Source: Perna viridis
Taxonomy: Eukaryota
Assembly: GCA_037379345.1 (NCBI GenBank)
Contig: CM074522.1
Location: 37,949,288-38,013,287, forward strand
DNA: 64,000 nucleotides
Reading direction: 5' to 3'
The translations under genes were made by a program, and so were the position numbers. Under the pieces are notes generated by a model that had not been told where the DNA came from, searched no databases, and was given only the letters and a program-made list of their open reading frames with translations. Shown piece after piece: positions 63,680 through 64,000 of this stretch. Numbering within the stretch: position 1 is the stretch's first letter; the number at the start of each line of letters is the position of its first letter.

Positions 63680-64000
63680 TGGAAGGTAGACTTCAACCCT
63701 TCCAAAATCAAGGCTGTATACTTTACAAACCAAGAAATAGAACAACCAATCAATCTTAATGAGCAATGACTCGAGATCTCACAAGCATCTAGGAGTAGTG
63801 TTCGGATTGTAAGTGGTCAACCCATATTGATTATATATGTCTGAATGCAACAAGACAATTAGGTGTCCTGCAAAAGCTCAAGTTCACTCAGAATAAGATA
63901 TATAATACCTATATTTTACCATTACTGGAATATTTTTGTGAACTGTGGGATGGATGTTCTGCCAAACGTGCAAATAAATTAGATCAAATACAAAATGAAG
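63680..64000 (+). mobile_element. Decayed CR1/L2-group LINE ORF2 fragment (post-RT region), runs off the right edge
   Basis: WKVDFNPSK...HKHLGVVF [frameshift] DCKWSTHIDYICLNATRQLGVLQKLKF...IYNTYILPLLEYFCELWDGCSAKRANKLDQIQNE. Confidence 0.8.

Overview
AT-rich eukaryotic DNA. The repeat families and gene structure point to an invertebrate, most likely a bivalve mollusc (inference). The right third (44.0-64.0 kb) holds the first eight coding exons of a + strand class I facilitated glucose transporter (GLUT1/SLC2A1-like). I reconstructed these by hand: 873 nt, 291 aa, all GT-AG with consistent phases, and the gene runs off the right edge. Six of its seven complete introns carry their own minisatellite; one array is built from the exon 2 end plus its splice donor. 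The promoter has two E-boxes exactly 5 bp apart (ChoRE-like spacing). The left two thirds is mostly non-coding and holds many mobile elements. Naiad-type Penelope-like retroelements appear as an open N-terminal GIY-YIG ORF running off the left edge (absent from the ORF track), a 5'-truncated RT pseudogene and several 3'-end fragments. There is also a decayed hAT transposon with a peptidase-C76-like ORF, plus MITEs and SINE pieces. The best novelty candidates are two retroelement RNA structures: a covarying multi-stem motif at Naiad-type 3' ends, and a pseudoknotted head at the exact TSD-defined 5' end of a SINE-like element that lacks Pol III boxes. Most ORFs in the supplied track are spurious. 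No CRISPR array, rRNA or intact tRNA was seen.
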